64,000 nucleotides of DNA, taken from NCBI GenBank assembly GCA_965649205.1, contig CBFGJV010000007.1, positions 33,966 through 97,965 on the forward strand. Reading direction: 5' to 3'. Below the pieces are notes generated by a model. That model ran no database searches. It was not told the DNA's origin and saw only the letters and a program-made list of their open reading frames with translations. Positions 1-10,384 of the stretch are shown here, in pieces; position 1 is the stretch's first letter; each line of letters begins with the position of its first letter. A program made the position numbers and the translations under genes. Source of the stretch: a candidate division WOR-3 bacterium (lineage in GTDB: Bacteria > Hydrothermota > Tepidihabitantia > Tepidihabitantales > Tepidihabitantaceae).

Positions 1-196
1 CGAGTTTCTGAAACTCGTCCCAGCGCTTCTGGAATGCTACGAACTCAGTCGTGCATACCGGCGTAAAGTCGGCGGGGTGGCTGAATAGAATAAACCACTT
101 GCCCTTGTAATCTTGGGGCAGGTTCTTAGGTCCGTGCGTGGTGTGCACGGTGATGTCAGGGAACTTATTCCCGATGAGCGGCATTACGTTATCCAT
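1..196 (-). CDS. Peroxiredoxin (Prx6/archaeal-type), 5' part only; runs off the window edge
   Basis: Not in ORF track. Manual translation [13 protein letters not shown]...[19 protein letters not shown] with peroxidatic Cys (TGC); SD AAGGAGG upstream of ATG 196. Confidence 0.93.
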   Translation of the reverse strand, partial: MDNVMPLIGNKFPDITVHTTHGPKNLPQDYKGKWFILFSHPADFTPVCTTEFVAFQKRWDEFQKL

Positions 197-379
197 ATTT
201 ATCCTCCTTGCCGCAATGGCGCGGCGGTTATGTTGACATTAGCCTTAGCTCACAGTCCTGCTTGTGTTTTTCTTGTTGAACATGACTACAAAGTTAGAAA
301 TAACGAGAACGTCTCTGCTGACGGCGCAGTCTGGAACGAAGCAGAAAGCCAATGTTGGCTTGGACATAAGCAGTACCTT

Positions 380-2618
380 TCAGTCTAGCTTAAGCAGGCT
401 GATAGTGGTCTGGCGACGGTGGGCTTGCAGTCGGCAAAAGTAGACGCCGGGCGGAGCAATTGCTCCTGTATTGGTTCTGCCGTCCCAGACGATACCGCCG
501 GTTTTTGTCTCTTCCCCGCTGAGTATAAATCTGCGCATCAGAGAACCGGATGCGTCAAAGATGGAAAGTTCGGCACTCTGGCTGGAACCAGGAAGCAGGC
601 GCAGGAAAACTGAACTGCGAAAAGGGTTCGTCTTTGCCTCCAGAAACAGATAGGGGTAGGGGGAGGCGTTGTGTTCTTCTATACCTGCGCCCGGGAAGAC
701 CGTAACGAACTTGGACATGGCGTTATTGGCCAGATTTACGTCGTCTGCTATCTGCAGAGTACAGCAAGCAAGGTGCGTTCCTGACGTGCGGGTCTTCCAA
801 TAGGGGAAGGTCAGTGTGGTCTCGCTTCCCGGTTCTATATTCTTCTGCCCGCTGCGAAAGTAATTGTCGCCAGGTATGCGGAAGATGCCGCGCACCTGTT
901 CGGTTGTCGTACCGTAGTTTTTCAGCCGTATGCGGGGGAAGATGGTCGCGCCTGTGTCTACAGTATCCGGCGGCACCTCGATAGCTGTGATAGCGATATC
1001 TCTAACTCGTACCAGCACGGAGTCGTCGTTGTAGTCGTTTTCCGGGTACTGGTCCGTGGCTAGCGCGGTTGAACAGCGGGAGCGGAACAGGCCGCGGGTG
1101 GGTGCAGTCCAAGTGCGGAAGGAGACTCTTACCGTGTCACGGGGGGCGAGATTTGTCACCTGTTGGGTGTCGCAATAGGTGGAGCCGATGCGCACTATGA
1201 CCGGGAAGGAAACAGGTGAATGGCTGAAGTTGCCCACGAGTGCCTGGGGCACAGCGGTCTGACTGGAGTCGTATATTCCGACTGGTGTTGGTCCGTCCAG
1301 GAGGGCAACGTCAGGATTATAGGGACGCACACTGGCAAGAGCATATACCATCTGCCAAGTGTCAGGTATGGCCAGTGGCGTTTCCCGCGAGGGAATAATA
1401 TTGCCCCAGGGGAGAAATTGAGCAGAGTAGTAAGTCACTTCTCCAAATTTGCCGTCCGGCAGGTCGTCGTAGCAGGAGATAAAGACAGAATCGGTAGTGC
1501 CGTCGCGGATGTAGTCGGAACCGTCAGTTAGGTCGAAAACAATCCTGTGGGAAGGAAACGGATGGTCCACGCTGGCCTGGCGCCAGCCACGGAAGTCACG
1601 GAACCATAAAGGGGTCTCGCGCGGACCAACCATAAACGAGATACCCAGGCGGTCGCGAGCCGGATGATTGATGCGTACCCGGGCGTACATCTGGGGGACG
1701 AAACCGACTGTATCCTCCAACCACCCTACCTGCAGCATGGAAAGAAATGCGTCCATGACCGCCGTATACGACATCCAGAAGTAGCCGGCCTGTCCCCAGC
1801 CAGTTCCCCAGGAGTCTACACAGCGAAATGCTCCCTTTCCGTCGCGGGTAGTCAAGGTGTCGTCGTATCCTACTATGGTTATTAGGTGGCCGCCGCGATT
1901 GGAGCCAGTACGGTCAGCAGAACAATACGTGTAGTTATGCAGGTGGATTTTATCAAAGTTGTCCCACACCCATATGGCGAGGCAGGAAGTAGAAGCCGTT
2001 GTTCAGCAGCTGCTTGATAATGGCTATGCCGGAGGAATCTCGGGTGTAGGCCCAATGCCAATCCTTACAGCGAAAAGGAATCGCATTGTAAAACGCCTGT
2101 TCAGTGGGCCAAGTCACCGGGTCACGGTCGTTGTAAGGGCAGTCAGCCAGGCTGGCCGCACCCTGCTCACAAATGAGGCCGAAATTGTTGGAAAAACCGG
2201 AGCCCCGGTCGGCGCCGCCATTTACCTGATTGTAGGTAAACGCCGGGCTGAACTGGTGGCGAGGGTTGGTCAGATCCCAGCGTCGTTCAGCATACTCAAG
2301 CTGGGTGCGGTGATAGTAGGTGGTTGCCCAAGAAGCGCAGGAACCCTGGCCGCCCTGGTTTCCCACGGGCGGCATCTGGTCTGACAGGTCAACTCTGATT
2401 ACATTCTTGTAACATTGGGCTCCTGGCGCTGCCGCGACGAACTTTACCTCGCGAGCCGGTGCCGTTCTGCTTAGGTCTTCGTAGTTAAAACCAAGTGGAT
2501 GTAATTCTGCGTAGGCTAAATCCGCAAAAAGAAAAGCAAGACAGGCAAGGCAGAAGATAGGATATAGTTTCCGGGGCAATTTTTCTCCTTTGTTTTTGGC
2601 TAGGGATGTCCGATGCAT
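380..2618 (-). pseudogene. Secreted papain-family (C1) cysteine protease with Ig/CARDB-like domains and T9SS/FlgD-like C-terminal domain, split by a +1 frameshift near 1990
   Basis: ORF 1953-2618 has signal peptide and QGGQGSCASWA (catalytic Cys); ORF 380-1969 has GGHLITIVGYDD (His), DSWGTGWG and C-terminal PGVYFCRL. Likely start TTG 2579 after AAGGAG. Confidence 0.85.
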
Positions 2619-2625
2619 TCATTTC

Positions 2626-2653
2626 AATATAACATAGGCGAGGAATGGGTCAA
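2626..2653 (-). promoter_or_regulatory. Sigma70-type promoter for the protease
   Basis: TTGACC-N16-TATATT with extended TG. Confidence 0.65.
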
Positions 2654-2735
2654 GAATACTTACTGCCTGCGTTCTCTCAGTCCCAACTAACTCTAACTTC
2701 CAAAGGTTCTTACTTGGATACCGGCATGCGGCTTC

Positions 2736-2763
2736 TTGACACAGAAAGCGAAGTATATACACT
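2736..2763 (+). promoter_or_regulatory. Sigma70-type promoter for adk-map-infA-rpmJ
   Basis: TTGACA-N16-TACACT, 20 nt before ATG 2784. Confidence 0.65.
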
Positions 2764-2783
2764 TGCGCAGGTGTAAACTCTGT

Positions 2784-3452
2784 ATGAGTACGAAACCCCT
2801 CAATATTGTTTTGCTTGGGCCGCCCGGAGGCGGGAAGGGCACGCAGGCAGAGCTTATGCGCGAGCGGCTTGGGTTTGTGCACTACTCCACCGGGGATGTT
2901 TTCCGGGATCACATAAAGCGTCGGACTTCTGTCGGACAGCAGGTAGAAGAGTTTGTGACATCAGGCAGGCTGGTGCCGGACAGAATAGTTCTGGAAGTAG
3001 TAAGCGTTTTTCTGCAAGAAAACGCCGGTAAGTCTATTCTCTTCGACGGCTTTCCCCGCACAGTTCCTCAGGCCGAAGGCCTTGAGCAGGTTCTTGAACA
3101 GCATCAATTGAAAGTAGACCGGGCCGTGCTGATTGAATTGAGCGATGAAGAAGTGGTCAGACGTTTGTCCGGTCGTAGGCAGTGTCGCAGTTGTGGCAAG
3201 ATATATAACCTTACCTTCAGTCCCCCTAGAGCCGAGGGAATCTGTGACGCGTGCGGCGGCGAATTGTATCAGCGTGACGATGATAGAGAGGAGACCATCC
3301 GAGACCGACTGAGGGTGTATCATCAACAGACAGAGCCGCTGGTTGATTACTATCAGAGGAAACAAAGGCTAGAACGCATACCGGGTGATATAGGTAGAGA
3401 CAGGGTGTTTGAGCAAATCCAAAAGATAATCACCGCCGCGCGTCAGTTGTGA
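2784..3452 (+). CDS. adk: Adenylate kinase (zinc-lid type)
   Basis: GPPGGGKGTQA P-loop, DGFPRT, CxxC...CxxC lid, RDDD. Confidence 0.97.
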   Translation: MSTKPLNIVLLGPPGGGKGTQAELMRERLGFVHYSTGDVFRDHIKRRTSVGQQVEEFVTSGRLVPDRIVLEVVSVFLQENAGKSILFDGFPRTVPQAEGLEQVLEQHQLKVDRAVLIELSDEEVVRRLSGRRQCRSCGKIYNLTFSPPRAEGICDACGGELYQRDDDREETIRDRLRVYHQQTEPLVDYYQRKQRLERIPGDIGRDRVFEQIQKIITAARQL

Positions 3453-3461
3453 GGCAGAACC

Positions 3462-4208
3462 TTGCCGGTGCACATAAAGACCGAAAGAGAGATTGCCGGT
3501 ATTCGCCAGTCGGGGGCTATCTGCGCCGAGGTGTTTCGTTTGATGGAGTCGGCAGTAGAGCCGGGTATCAGTCTGAAGCAGCTGGAGAGGATATGCGTGG
3601 AGTGCATCCGTTCGTATGGCGCCGAACCGACTTTTCTGGGATACAGAGGTTTCCCCGGTGCAGTTTGTCTTTCTGTGAACGAGGAAGTGGTGCACGGTAT
3701 TCCGACTGAGCGCAAATTGGTGGAAGGAGATATTCTGAAGGTTGATGTAGGCGTGACCAAGGACGGGTTTATTGCCGATGCGGCCAGAACATATGAAGTG
3801 GGTAGAGTAAAACCGGAAGTGCATGCGTTAGTGCTTGCGACCGAACAAGTATTCCGCTTGGGAGCGGGACAGGCCAGGGCGGGTAATAGAGTAAAAGACA
3901 TTAGTGCGGCTATACAACGGTACGTGGAAAAGCGGGGCTACTCGGTGGTTCGGGATTTGTGCGGTCATGGAGTAGGTCTGGAGCTGCACGAGGAACCGCA
4001 GGTGCCTAACTTTATCGGTCGCAACAAGGGTTTGAAATTGGTGCCGGGAATGACCTTGGCGATTGAGCCGATGGTGAATATGGGCAGTTGGGAAGTAGAG
4101 ACGAAAGATAACGGCTGGACGGTGATAACGCGAGACCGTTTACCCTCGGCCCATTATGAGAACACCGTACTTGTTACTGAGGACGAACCGGTTATACTTA
4201 CTACGTAA
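3462..4208 (+). CDS. map: Methionine aminopeptidase type I
   Basis: SVNEEVVHGIP, GHGVG..LHEEP, AIEPM, SAHYENT; follows adk. Confidence 0.97.
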   Translation: MPVHIKTEREIAGIRQSGAICAEVFRLMESAVEPGISLKQLERICVECIRSYGAEPTFLGYRGFPGAVCLSVNEEVVHGIPTERKLVEGDILKVDVGVTKDGFIADAARTYEVGRVKPEVHALVLATEQVFRLGAGQARAGNRVKDISAAIQRYVEKRGYSVVRDLCGHGVGLELHEEPQVPNFIGRNKGLKLVPGMTLAIEPMVNMGSWEVETKDNGWTVITRDRLPSAHYENTVLVTEDEPVILTT

Positions 4209-4262
4209 TACACGGTTATGGTTTGTGCGGCGATAGGCAAAAATAGCAATCGGTAATTAGGT

Positions 4263-4481
4263 ATGGCAAAGAAAGACCTTATACAGCTTGAAGGAGTGAT
4301 TACCGAAGCTCTTCCCAATGCGACCTTCCGGGTTGAGCTGGATAATGGTCACAAGGTGCTTGCCCACGTGTCTGGCCGCATGCGGATGAACTGGATAAGA
4401 ATACTGCCCGGAGATAGGGTGACGGTGGAATTTTCTCCTTATGACCTGAACCGCGGCAGGATTATATATCGTTTCAAGTAG
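4263..4481 (+). CDS. infA: Translation initiation factor IF-1
   Basis: [16 protein letters not shown]...RILPGDRV. Confidence 0.98.
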   Translation: MAKKDLIQLEGVITEALPNATFRVELDNGHKVLAHVSGRMRMNWIRILPGDRVTVEFSPYDLNRGRIIYRFK

Positions 4482-4489
4482 GAGGTTTT

Positions 4490-4606
4490 GTGAAGGTTAG
4501 AACTTCAGTGAAACCACGTTGTGCTCACTGCAAGGTGGTCAGACGCAAGGGCGTGGTGCGGGTAATCTGTAAGCGCGAACCCAAACATAAACAGAGGCAG
4601 GGCTAG
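4490..4606 (+). CDS. rpmJ: 50S ribosomal protein bL36 (zinc-binding form)
   Basis: Below ORF-track cutoff. GTG start after [43 protein letters not shown]. Confidence 0.97.
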   Translation: MKVRTSVKPRCAHCKVVRRKGVVRVICKREPKHKQRQG

Positions 4607-4671
4607 AAGATGCCCGTAGCCGCGTGTCCGGCACGGCGGCTGATGTACGGCAGTAGGCCCCTGCGAACCTG

Positions 4672-6276
4672 ATGGCCAAGTACATTTTTGTCACAGGCGG
4701 GGTAGTTTCGTCGCTAGGCAAGGGTATCGCTACTTCTTCCATTGGCCTTCTGTTGAAGAGCAGAGGGTTGACCGTGGTACCCTTAAAGTTTGACCCATAC
4801 GTGAACGTTGATCCGGGAACGATGAGTCCTTTTCAACACGGGGAGGTTTTTGTCACAGAGGACGGGGCGGAGACAGACTTGGACTTGGGGCACTATGAGA
4901 GATTCATCGACCTAAACCTGTCTCAGGACAACAACCTTACTACGGGACAGATTTATCTATCCGTCATAGAGAAAGAGCGGCGTGGTGAGTATTTGGGTCG
5001 TACCATTCAAGTAGTTCCTCACATTACAGGTGAGATAAAGAGTCGCATCAGAAAGTTGGCAGACCGTCGGGATGTGGTTATTACCGAGATTGGAGGCACG
5101 GTCGGCGATATCGAAAGTCTGCCATTCCTAGAGGCGGCCCGGCAGTTTGCACTGGAAGAGGGCAAGGAGAATGTACTTTACATTCATCTTACCCTGGTAC
5201 CTTATATCAGTGCTTCATGCGAATACAAGACAAAACCTACTCAGCATTCGGTAAACAAGTTACGCGAGATCGGTATTCAGCCGGACATATTGATGTGTCG
5301 GGCAGAGTCTCCTCTTCCGCCTGAGGCCCGAGAGAAAATTGCGCTGTTCTGCAATGTGCGGCCTGAAGCGGTGATCGAAGCTATAGATGTGGACAGCGTG
5401 TATAAGGTTCCTTTGGTCTTTGCTGCGCAGAAACTGGATCAACTGGTCTGCAAGATGCTGAAATTGCGCTGCCAACCATTGCAACTGAGCTCCTGGAAAG
5501 AGTTTGTGCATAGATTAGAAAACAGTTCCCAGACACTGGAGATAGGCCTTTGCGGCAAATATGTGGGCCTGCACGATGCTTACAAATCGGTTATCGAGGC
5601 AATTCATCACGCGGCTGCGGCTCTGGGCGTAAAGGCGCAGATACGTTGGCTGGAAGCGCAGGAGATAACTGCCGCCACAGTGGAGCAGAAGCTGGCCGGC
5701 TTGGCCGGCCTGGTGGTGCCGGGAGGATTCGGAGTGAGGGGAATGGAGGGGAAAATAGAGGCTATTACATTTTGTCGCGAACGTGAATTGCCTTTTCTGG
5801 GACTATGTGTGGGTATGCAGGTGGCGGTTATAGAGTTTGCCCGTTCCGTATGCGGTTTGAAAGACGCTAATTCCACCGAGTTTAATCCTCGTACCAGGCA
5901 TCCCGTTATCTTTCTGCTGCCGCAGCAGAGAGGTATTAGGCGTAAAGGCCATACCATGCGGCTTGGTTCCTATCCCTGTCGTCTGCGTCGGGGAACATTG
6001 GCTTACCGGTGTTATGGTCGTGAGAGTATTGCGGAGCGACACCGTCATCGCTATGAGTTCAACAATCGGTATCTGCAGGAGCTGGAACGGCGCGGGATGA
6101 TAGCAAGCGGGAAATCGCCGGATGGAGAGCTGGTAGAGATAGTGGAGCTCAGAGGTCATCCCTTTTTTCTGGCTTGTCAGTTTCATCCGGAGTTCAAGTC
6201 CCGTCCTTTGAGACCCCATCCTTTGTTTCTGGGATTCCTCAAAGCCGCGCGTAAAGCGGCATCTTCGCCTGCATAA
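4672..6276 (+). CDS. pyrG: CTP synthase
   Basis: KYIFVTGGVVSSLGKG, GLCVGMQ, RHRHRYE, QFHPE. Confidence 0.98.
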   Translation: MAKYIFVTGGVVSSLGKGIATSSIGLLLKSRGLTVVPLKFDPYVNVDPGTMSPFQHGEVFVTEDGAETDLDLGHYERFIDLNLSQDNNLTTGQIYLSVIEKERRGEYLGRTIQVVPHITGEIKSRIRKLADRRDVVITEIGGTVGDIESLPFLEAARQFALEEGKENVLYIHLTLVPYISASCEYKTKPTQHSVNKLREIGIQPDILMCRAESPLPPEAREKIALFCNVRPEAVIEAIDVDSVYKVPLVFAAQKLDQLVCKMLKLRCQPLQLSSWKEFVHRLENSSQTLEIGLCGKYVGLHDAYKSVIEAIHHAAAALGVKAQIRWLEAQEITAATVEQKLAGLAGLVVPGGFGVRGMEGKIEAITFCRERELPFLGLCVGMQVAVIEFARSVCGLKDANSTEFNPRTRHPVIFLLPQQRGIRRKGHTMRLGSYPCRLRRGTLAYRCYGRESIAERHRHRYEFNNRYLQELERRGMIASGKSPDGELVEIVELRGHPFFLACQFHPEFKSRPLRPHPLFLGFLKAARKAASSPA

Positions 6277-6385
6277 GCCCTAGGTTCTGTTTCCGACTTG
6301 ACCGGGCGGGTTGTTTGTTCAGCCCGTTGACAGGACTGTGATTGTGGGTCAGAATGACACTAACACAAATGAGGTACCAAGCAGA

Positions 6386-7042
6386 ATGAAAACGGCAAGG
6401 CATAGCTTCTTGTTGTCAGGCAGAAATTCGAGGGCTTTCGTAATCAGTTGCGATGCAAGAACCAGCACAGCAGACTGCGTATGGTGTCTGCTTTTTGTCA
6501 TCTTGGTGCTGCTGGGGACGGGATGTCCTGAGTCCAGGACAGGGTTGGATTCAGGTGTCCGTCCCAGTCAGATAGTAGAAGAATTTGTGCTGCACGAGAG
6601 TGCGAGCGGGGAGAGACTGTACACACTTAGAGCCGAGACCGCGTATGTATATGATGCGGAGCAGCGCGTCGACGTGGTGGCTCCATGTGTATTTTTCTAT
6701 GAGGCGGGCAGAACGATACACGCACTTCTAACCGCAGACCGGGGCGTGGTGTATTCTCAGACAGAAGACCTGGTAGCGCATGGTAAAGTGCTCGTTGTCA
6801 CTGAGGATAGTACCAAGCTGTGGACCGATTCTCTATTGTGGAATAACAGAACCAAACTGATAACGACCGATGCCCCGGTAGAAATCCAGACGCCGAAGGG
6901 GCGCATTGTAGGAGTGGGACTGGTGGCTGATGCCGGGTTGACGAAAATTGAAATTCTAAGTGCGGTTCAAGGTAGCTCCAGCTATAAGTTTGAGGTAGGC
7001 GCCGAAAGTAGTCCCGGTGCAGAAAATGCAGGCGAGCGTTGA
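6386..7042 (+). CDS. lptC: LPS export protein LptC-like (start uncertain)
   Basis: Hydrophobic stretch ending LGTGC, beta-jellyroll-like TDSLLW...ITTDAPVEI; upstream of lptA-like and lptB. Confidence 0.75.
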   Translation: MKTARHSFLLSGRNSRAFVISCDARTSTADCVWCLLFVILVLLGTGCPESRTGLDSGVRPSQIVEEFVLHESASGERLYTLRAETAYVYDAEQRVDVVAPCVFFYEAGRTIHALLTADRGVVYSQTEDLVAHGKVLVVTEDSTKLWTDSLLWNNRTKLITTDAPVEIQTPKGRIVGVGLVADAGLTKIEILSAVQGSSSYKFEVGAESSPGAENAGER

Positions 7043-8058
7043 CCGGTATGCAGAATGAGATTGTTGCTGCTGCAGGAGGGTTTTCGGTGTCAGTCCTCCT
7101 GCAGGTAGGCTTTATCAGAGCGAACTTCAGTATTCCCAAAGCCTGCTTCTTTTTTGTTTTGGGACTGGGGTTGTGTTTGTTCGGATTGGCAGCGGCGGCA
7201 GATTTGTATGCGAAGAAGATGGAGATTGTGCGTACCGCGGAAGGACAGGTTACTTACTTCCAGGATAGTGTGCGTATCAGCGATGGTAGAACTCTTATCA
7301 CCGCCGGTTGGGCCCGGGTGAACGAATCACGGGGTTTGGCGGTGATTGGGGAGTCGGTTGTAATTGAGAATCCAGATGTATTGATAACTGCTGACTCGTG
7401 CGTGTATCACATGGATACGCGGCGAACGGAATTGACCGGTAGAGTGAGAGTAGAACAGGATTCGCTTGTCATCCTTGCGCCCGCGCTTGAGTATGTTCTG
7501 GACGGCAGGACAGTTTCTGCCGGAGCGGGGTTGGTAGTGCAGGTCAAGGAGGGAAAGACAGTGATTACTGGCGAGCGAGGCAGTTATGACCTTGCCAAGG
7601 GATTGGGCATCGTGGACCAAAGGCCAAGAATGATTCAGAAACAGGAGACTGACTCGGTGGTGGTAACGGCAGAACGAATGTCCTGGCTGGCCGGGGAATC
7701 ACGCGCAGGAGCATACGGGAATGTGCGGGTGATGGCAGGAGGAGCAGAGATGAGTTGTGAATCTCTGGAATATGTGACAAGTCAGGATTCGGGATTTGCC
7801 TGGGGTTCGCCGGTGCTTACAGACAGCGTAAGCAGGACCACTGGTGATACGGTCGGGATATTAGTGCGGGAGGGTAACTTATACCAGGTGACTATCGCAG
7901 GAAATGCTACGAGTCGGTATCGTACGCAGAGCGGAGAGTTAATAGAGGTGTCGGGGAGAATCATATTGGTGCGGTTGGATGCGGGAAAGATTGACACGAT
8001 TGATGTTGTGGATTTGGATTATGGTCGTGTGATCAGACAGCCGGAAAGTGGTACCTGA
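7039..8058 (+). CDS. LptA/OstA-like periplasmic beta-jellyroll protein (elongated)
   Basis: Signal peptide; repeated ITAD/..Y..../GxVxV strands; position between lptC and lptB. Confidence 0.7.
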   Translation: MTGMQNEIVAAAGGFSVSVLLQVGFIRANFSIPKACFFFVLGLGLCLFGLAAAADLYAKKMEIVRTAEGQVTYFQDSVRISDGRTLITAGWARVNESRGLAVIGESVVIENPDVLITADSCVYHMDTRRTELTGRVRVEQDSLVILAPALEYVLDGRTVSAGAGLVVQVKEGKTVITGERGSYDLAKGLGIVDQRPRMIQKQETDSVVVTAERMSWLAGESRAGAYGNVRVMAGGAEMSCESLEYVTSQDSGFAWGSPVLTDSVSRTTGDTVGILVREGNLYQVTIAGNATSRYRTQSGELIEVSGRIILVRLDAGKIDTIDVVDLDYGRVIRQPESGT

Positions 8059-8872
8059 AATGGGAAACGACTCTCAAGGCAGCGATGCTCGGCAGGTAAG
8101 TGCGGGTAAAGGAACGCAGCCCTTGCCTCCGTCTCGGCCCGGGGAAAACGGTAAGCGGCTACGGGCAGAGGGTCTGGTAAAAACCTACGGAGGCAGAAAG
8201 GTGGTGAACGAGGTTAGCCTGGAGCTATCTCAAGGAGAAGTGGTAGGTCTATTGGGCCCCAACGGTGCGGGAAAGACTACTACATTTCATATGATTACAG
8301 GCTTTGTCCGACCCGATCAGGGGCGAATCTGGTTAGATGGCACTGATATGACGGGAATGCCGGTGTATCGGCGTGCGCGGTTGGGACTGGGGTATTTGTC
8401 CCAGGAGCCCTCTATTTTTCGCAAGCTTTCCGTGCTGGACAATGTGAGGGCAATTCTGGAAATGGTGGGCTATGAGCGAGCAAGGATTGACGAGCGGGCA
8501 AGGGAGTTATTGGCCCGTTTTAATGTGTTGCACCTGGAGAAACAGCAGGGTGCCACTCTTTCTGGAGGAGAAAGGCGGCGGGCAGAGCTGGCTCGGGCTT
8601 TGGCTAGCGCACCTCACTTTTTGCTGCTTGATGAGCCATTCACAGGGGTTGACCCCATAGTGCGGGCGGAAATTCAGGACATAGTGCGTGGGTTGAAAGA
8701 AGACGGACTGGGAATTCTCATTACCGATCATAATGTGCGCGAGACGCTGGAGATAACTGATCGAGCTTACATTATGTACGATGCGCAGGTGCTGCTTTCT
8801 GGTACCTCGCATGACCTGGTGAACGACCCGAAGGCAAGACAGGTTTATCTGGGAGAAAGGTTCCGAATATGA
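8048..8872 (+). CDS. lptB: LPS export ABC transporter ATPase (probable start ATG 8060)
   Basis: GPNGAGKTT, LSGGERRR, LLDEPF, ITDHNVRETL, YLGERF. Confidence 0.95.
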   Translation: MVPEMGNDSQGSDARQVSAGKGTQPLPPSRPGENGKRLRAEGLVKTYGGRKVVNEVSLELSQGEVVGLLGPNGAGKTTTFHMITGFVRPDQGRIWLDGTDMTGMPVYRRARLGLGYLSQEPSIFRKLSVLDNVRAILEMVGYERARIDERARELLARFNVLHLEKQQGATLSGGERRRAELARALASAPHFLLLDEPFTGVDPIVRAEIQDIVRGLKEDGLGILITDHNVRETLEITDRAYIMYDAQVLLSGTSHDLVNDPKARQVYLGERFRI

Positions 8873-10365
8873 AACAAGAGCTGGGAATGGGGTTGGACCA
8901 GAGGCAAGTACTGGGTCAGTACCTAACGCCGCAGCTGGTTCTTAATTTGAAGTTGCTGCAGATGCCGACACTGGAGTTGGAAGCGGTGATTAGGCAGGAG
9001 TTGGAGGAAAATCCGGCGTTGGAAGAAGCAGATGACGAGGATACAGAAGTTACGGCATGGGAAAGAGAAGAGGAGCCGGTTTTGCAGGTGGCAACCGATA
9101 CGACAGAGGAATCTGAACAATCGCTACTGCCGGGAGCAAACGAGGGGTCTCTGGAGCTGCGACCCGGTGAAGTAGACACTCCGGAAGAGCTGCCAGCTGA
9201 TGCCTATTCATTGGAAGACCTGATGCCTGATGACGGCGATTTGCCGAGTTTGCCAAGTTCTGCAGGAGGAGAGAATGCTGCTGAGGTCTGGGAGGTGGTG
9301 TCCGAGCCGGAGCCGGACCTGCGTGAGGCGTTGCTGCCGGTACTGCAGACTTTGTTGTCTGCAGATGATGCAGCGGTTGCAGAGAATATTTTTGACTACC
9401 TGAACGAGGACGGATTCTTAACAGTAGAAGAGGGGGAACTGGCACAGATTCTGCAGGTTGACCCTGCCCGCCTGCAGCGAATACTACAGATAATACGGCA
9501 GATTGAACCGGGCGGAATCGGTTGCCGCAATCTGCAACACGCATTTCAGGTGCAGTTGGAGCTTTTGGGTTTTGAGCCGACCAGCTTGGAAAACCAGTTA
9601 GTGACTGCGTACTGGGAATTGCTTTTGGCAAAGAAGATAGACAGAATTGTCCAGTGCTCGGGCGCAAGCGAGGAGCAGGTAAGAAAAGCGCTGGCAAAGA
9701 TACTGACTCTGGAGACGAGACCGGCCAGAAGGTTTTCCGCGGTGCGGACTGAGTATGTAATGCCTGATTTCAGCGTGGAATTACGTGAAGGCCGGCCGGT
9801 GGTGGAGGCAAACGACAGTTCCCTACCTCGGCTGAAACTGTCTCGGCAATACGCGGAGATACTGCGTAATCCCAAAGCCTTTTCCAAAGAACAGGTTCAG
9901 TTTGCCCGCGAAAAGTTCAACCGCGCGCTCATGTTCCTGCGGGGAATAGAGTCACGGCGGCGTACGCTCAGGCGACTTATGGAACTCGTGGTCGAGGAAC
10001 AAAGGGACTTCTTTCTGAAAGGACCGGAGTACCTGAAACCGGCTACATTGAAAGAGGCGGCTGAACGACTGCAGGTGCACCCTTCTACTGTTTCCCGGGC
10101 CACTGCGGGTAAATATGTGGAGACCTGCTATGGCATTTTCCCGCTTAAGCATTTTTTCCGGGCCGGGACAGGCGACAGATCGCGTATGAGTATCAGGGAG
10201 CGCATAAGGCAGATGGTGGACAATGAGGATAAATCTGCTCCCCTGAGTGACGACGATATGGTTGCATTGCTGCAAAAGGAAGGTATCAAGGTGGCGCGGC
10301 GGACCGTGGCTAAGTATAGACAGGAACTGGGTATTCCGGGAAGAAATCAAAGGTTGAGAGTTTGA
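8869..10365 (+). CDS. rpoN: RNA polymerase sigma-54 factor
   Basis: ELEENPALE, HPSTVSRA, RpoN box ARRTVAKYR. Confidence 0.97.
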   Translation: MKQELGMGLDQRQVLGQYLTPQLVLNLKLLQMPTLELEAVIRQELEENPALEEADDEDTEVTAWEREEEPVLQVATDTTEESEQSLLPGANEGSLELRPGEVDTPEELPADAYSLEDLMPDDGDLPSLPSSAGGENAAEVWEVVSEPEPDLREALLPVLQTLLSADDAAVAENIFDYLNEDGFLTVEEGELAQILQVDPARLQRILQIIRQIEPGGIGCRNLQHAFQVQLELLGFEPTSLENQLVTAYWELLLAKKIDRIVQCSGASEEQVRKALAKILTLETRPARRFSAVRTEYVMPDFSVELREGRPVVEANDSSLPRLKLSRQYAEILRNPKAFSKEQVQFAREKFNRALMFLRGIESRRRTLRRLMELVVEEQRDFFLKGPEYLKPATLKEAAERLQVHPSTVSRATAGKYVETCYGIFPLKHFFRAGTGDRSRMSIRERIRQMVDNEDKSAPLSDDDMVALLQKEGIKVARRTVAKYRQELGIPGRNQRLRV

Positions 10366-10384
10366 TCAGAGAAGGGCAGGAGCG

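Noticed and set aside
1..196. Peroxiredoxin as a second selenoprotein
   Set aside because: Active-site codon is TGC (Cys); I noticed no other UGA read-through candidate in the window
113..388. 91-aa plus-strand ORF
   Set aside because: Antisense to the peroxiredoxin start and its upstream region; no motifs
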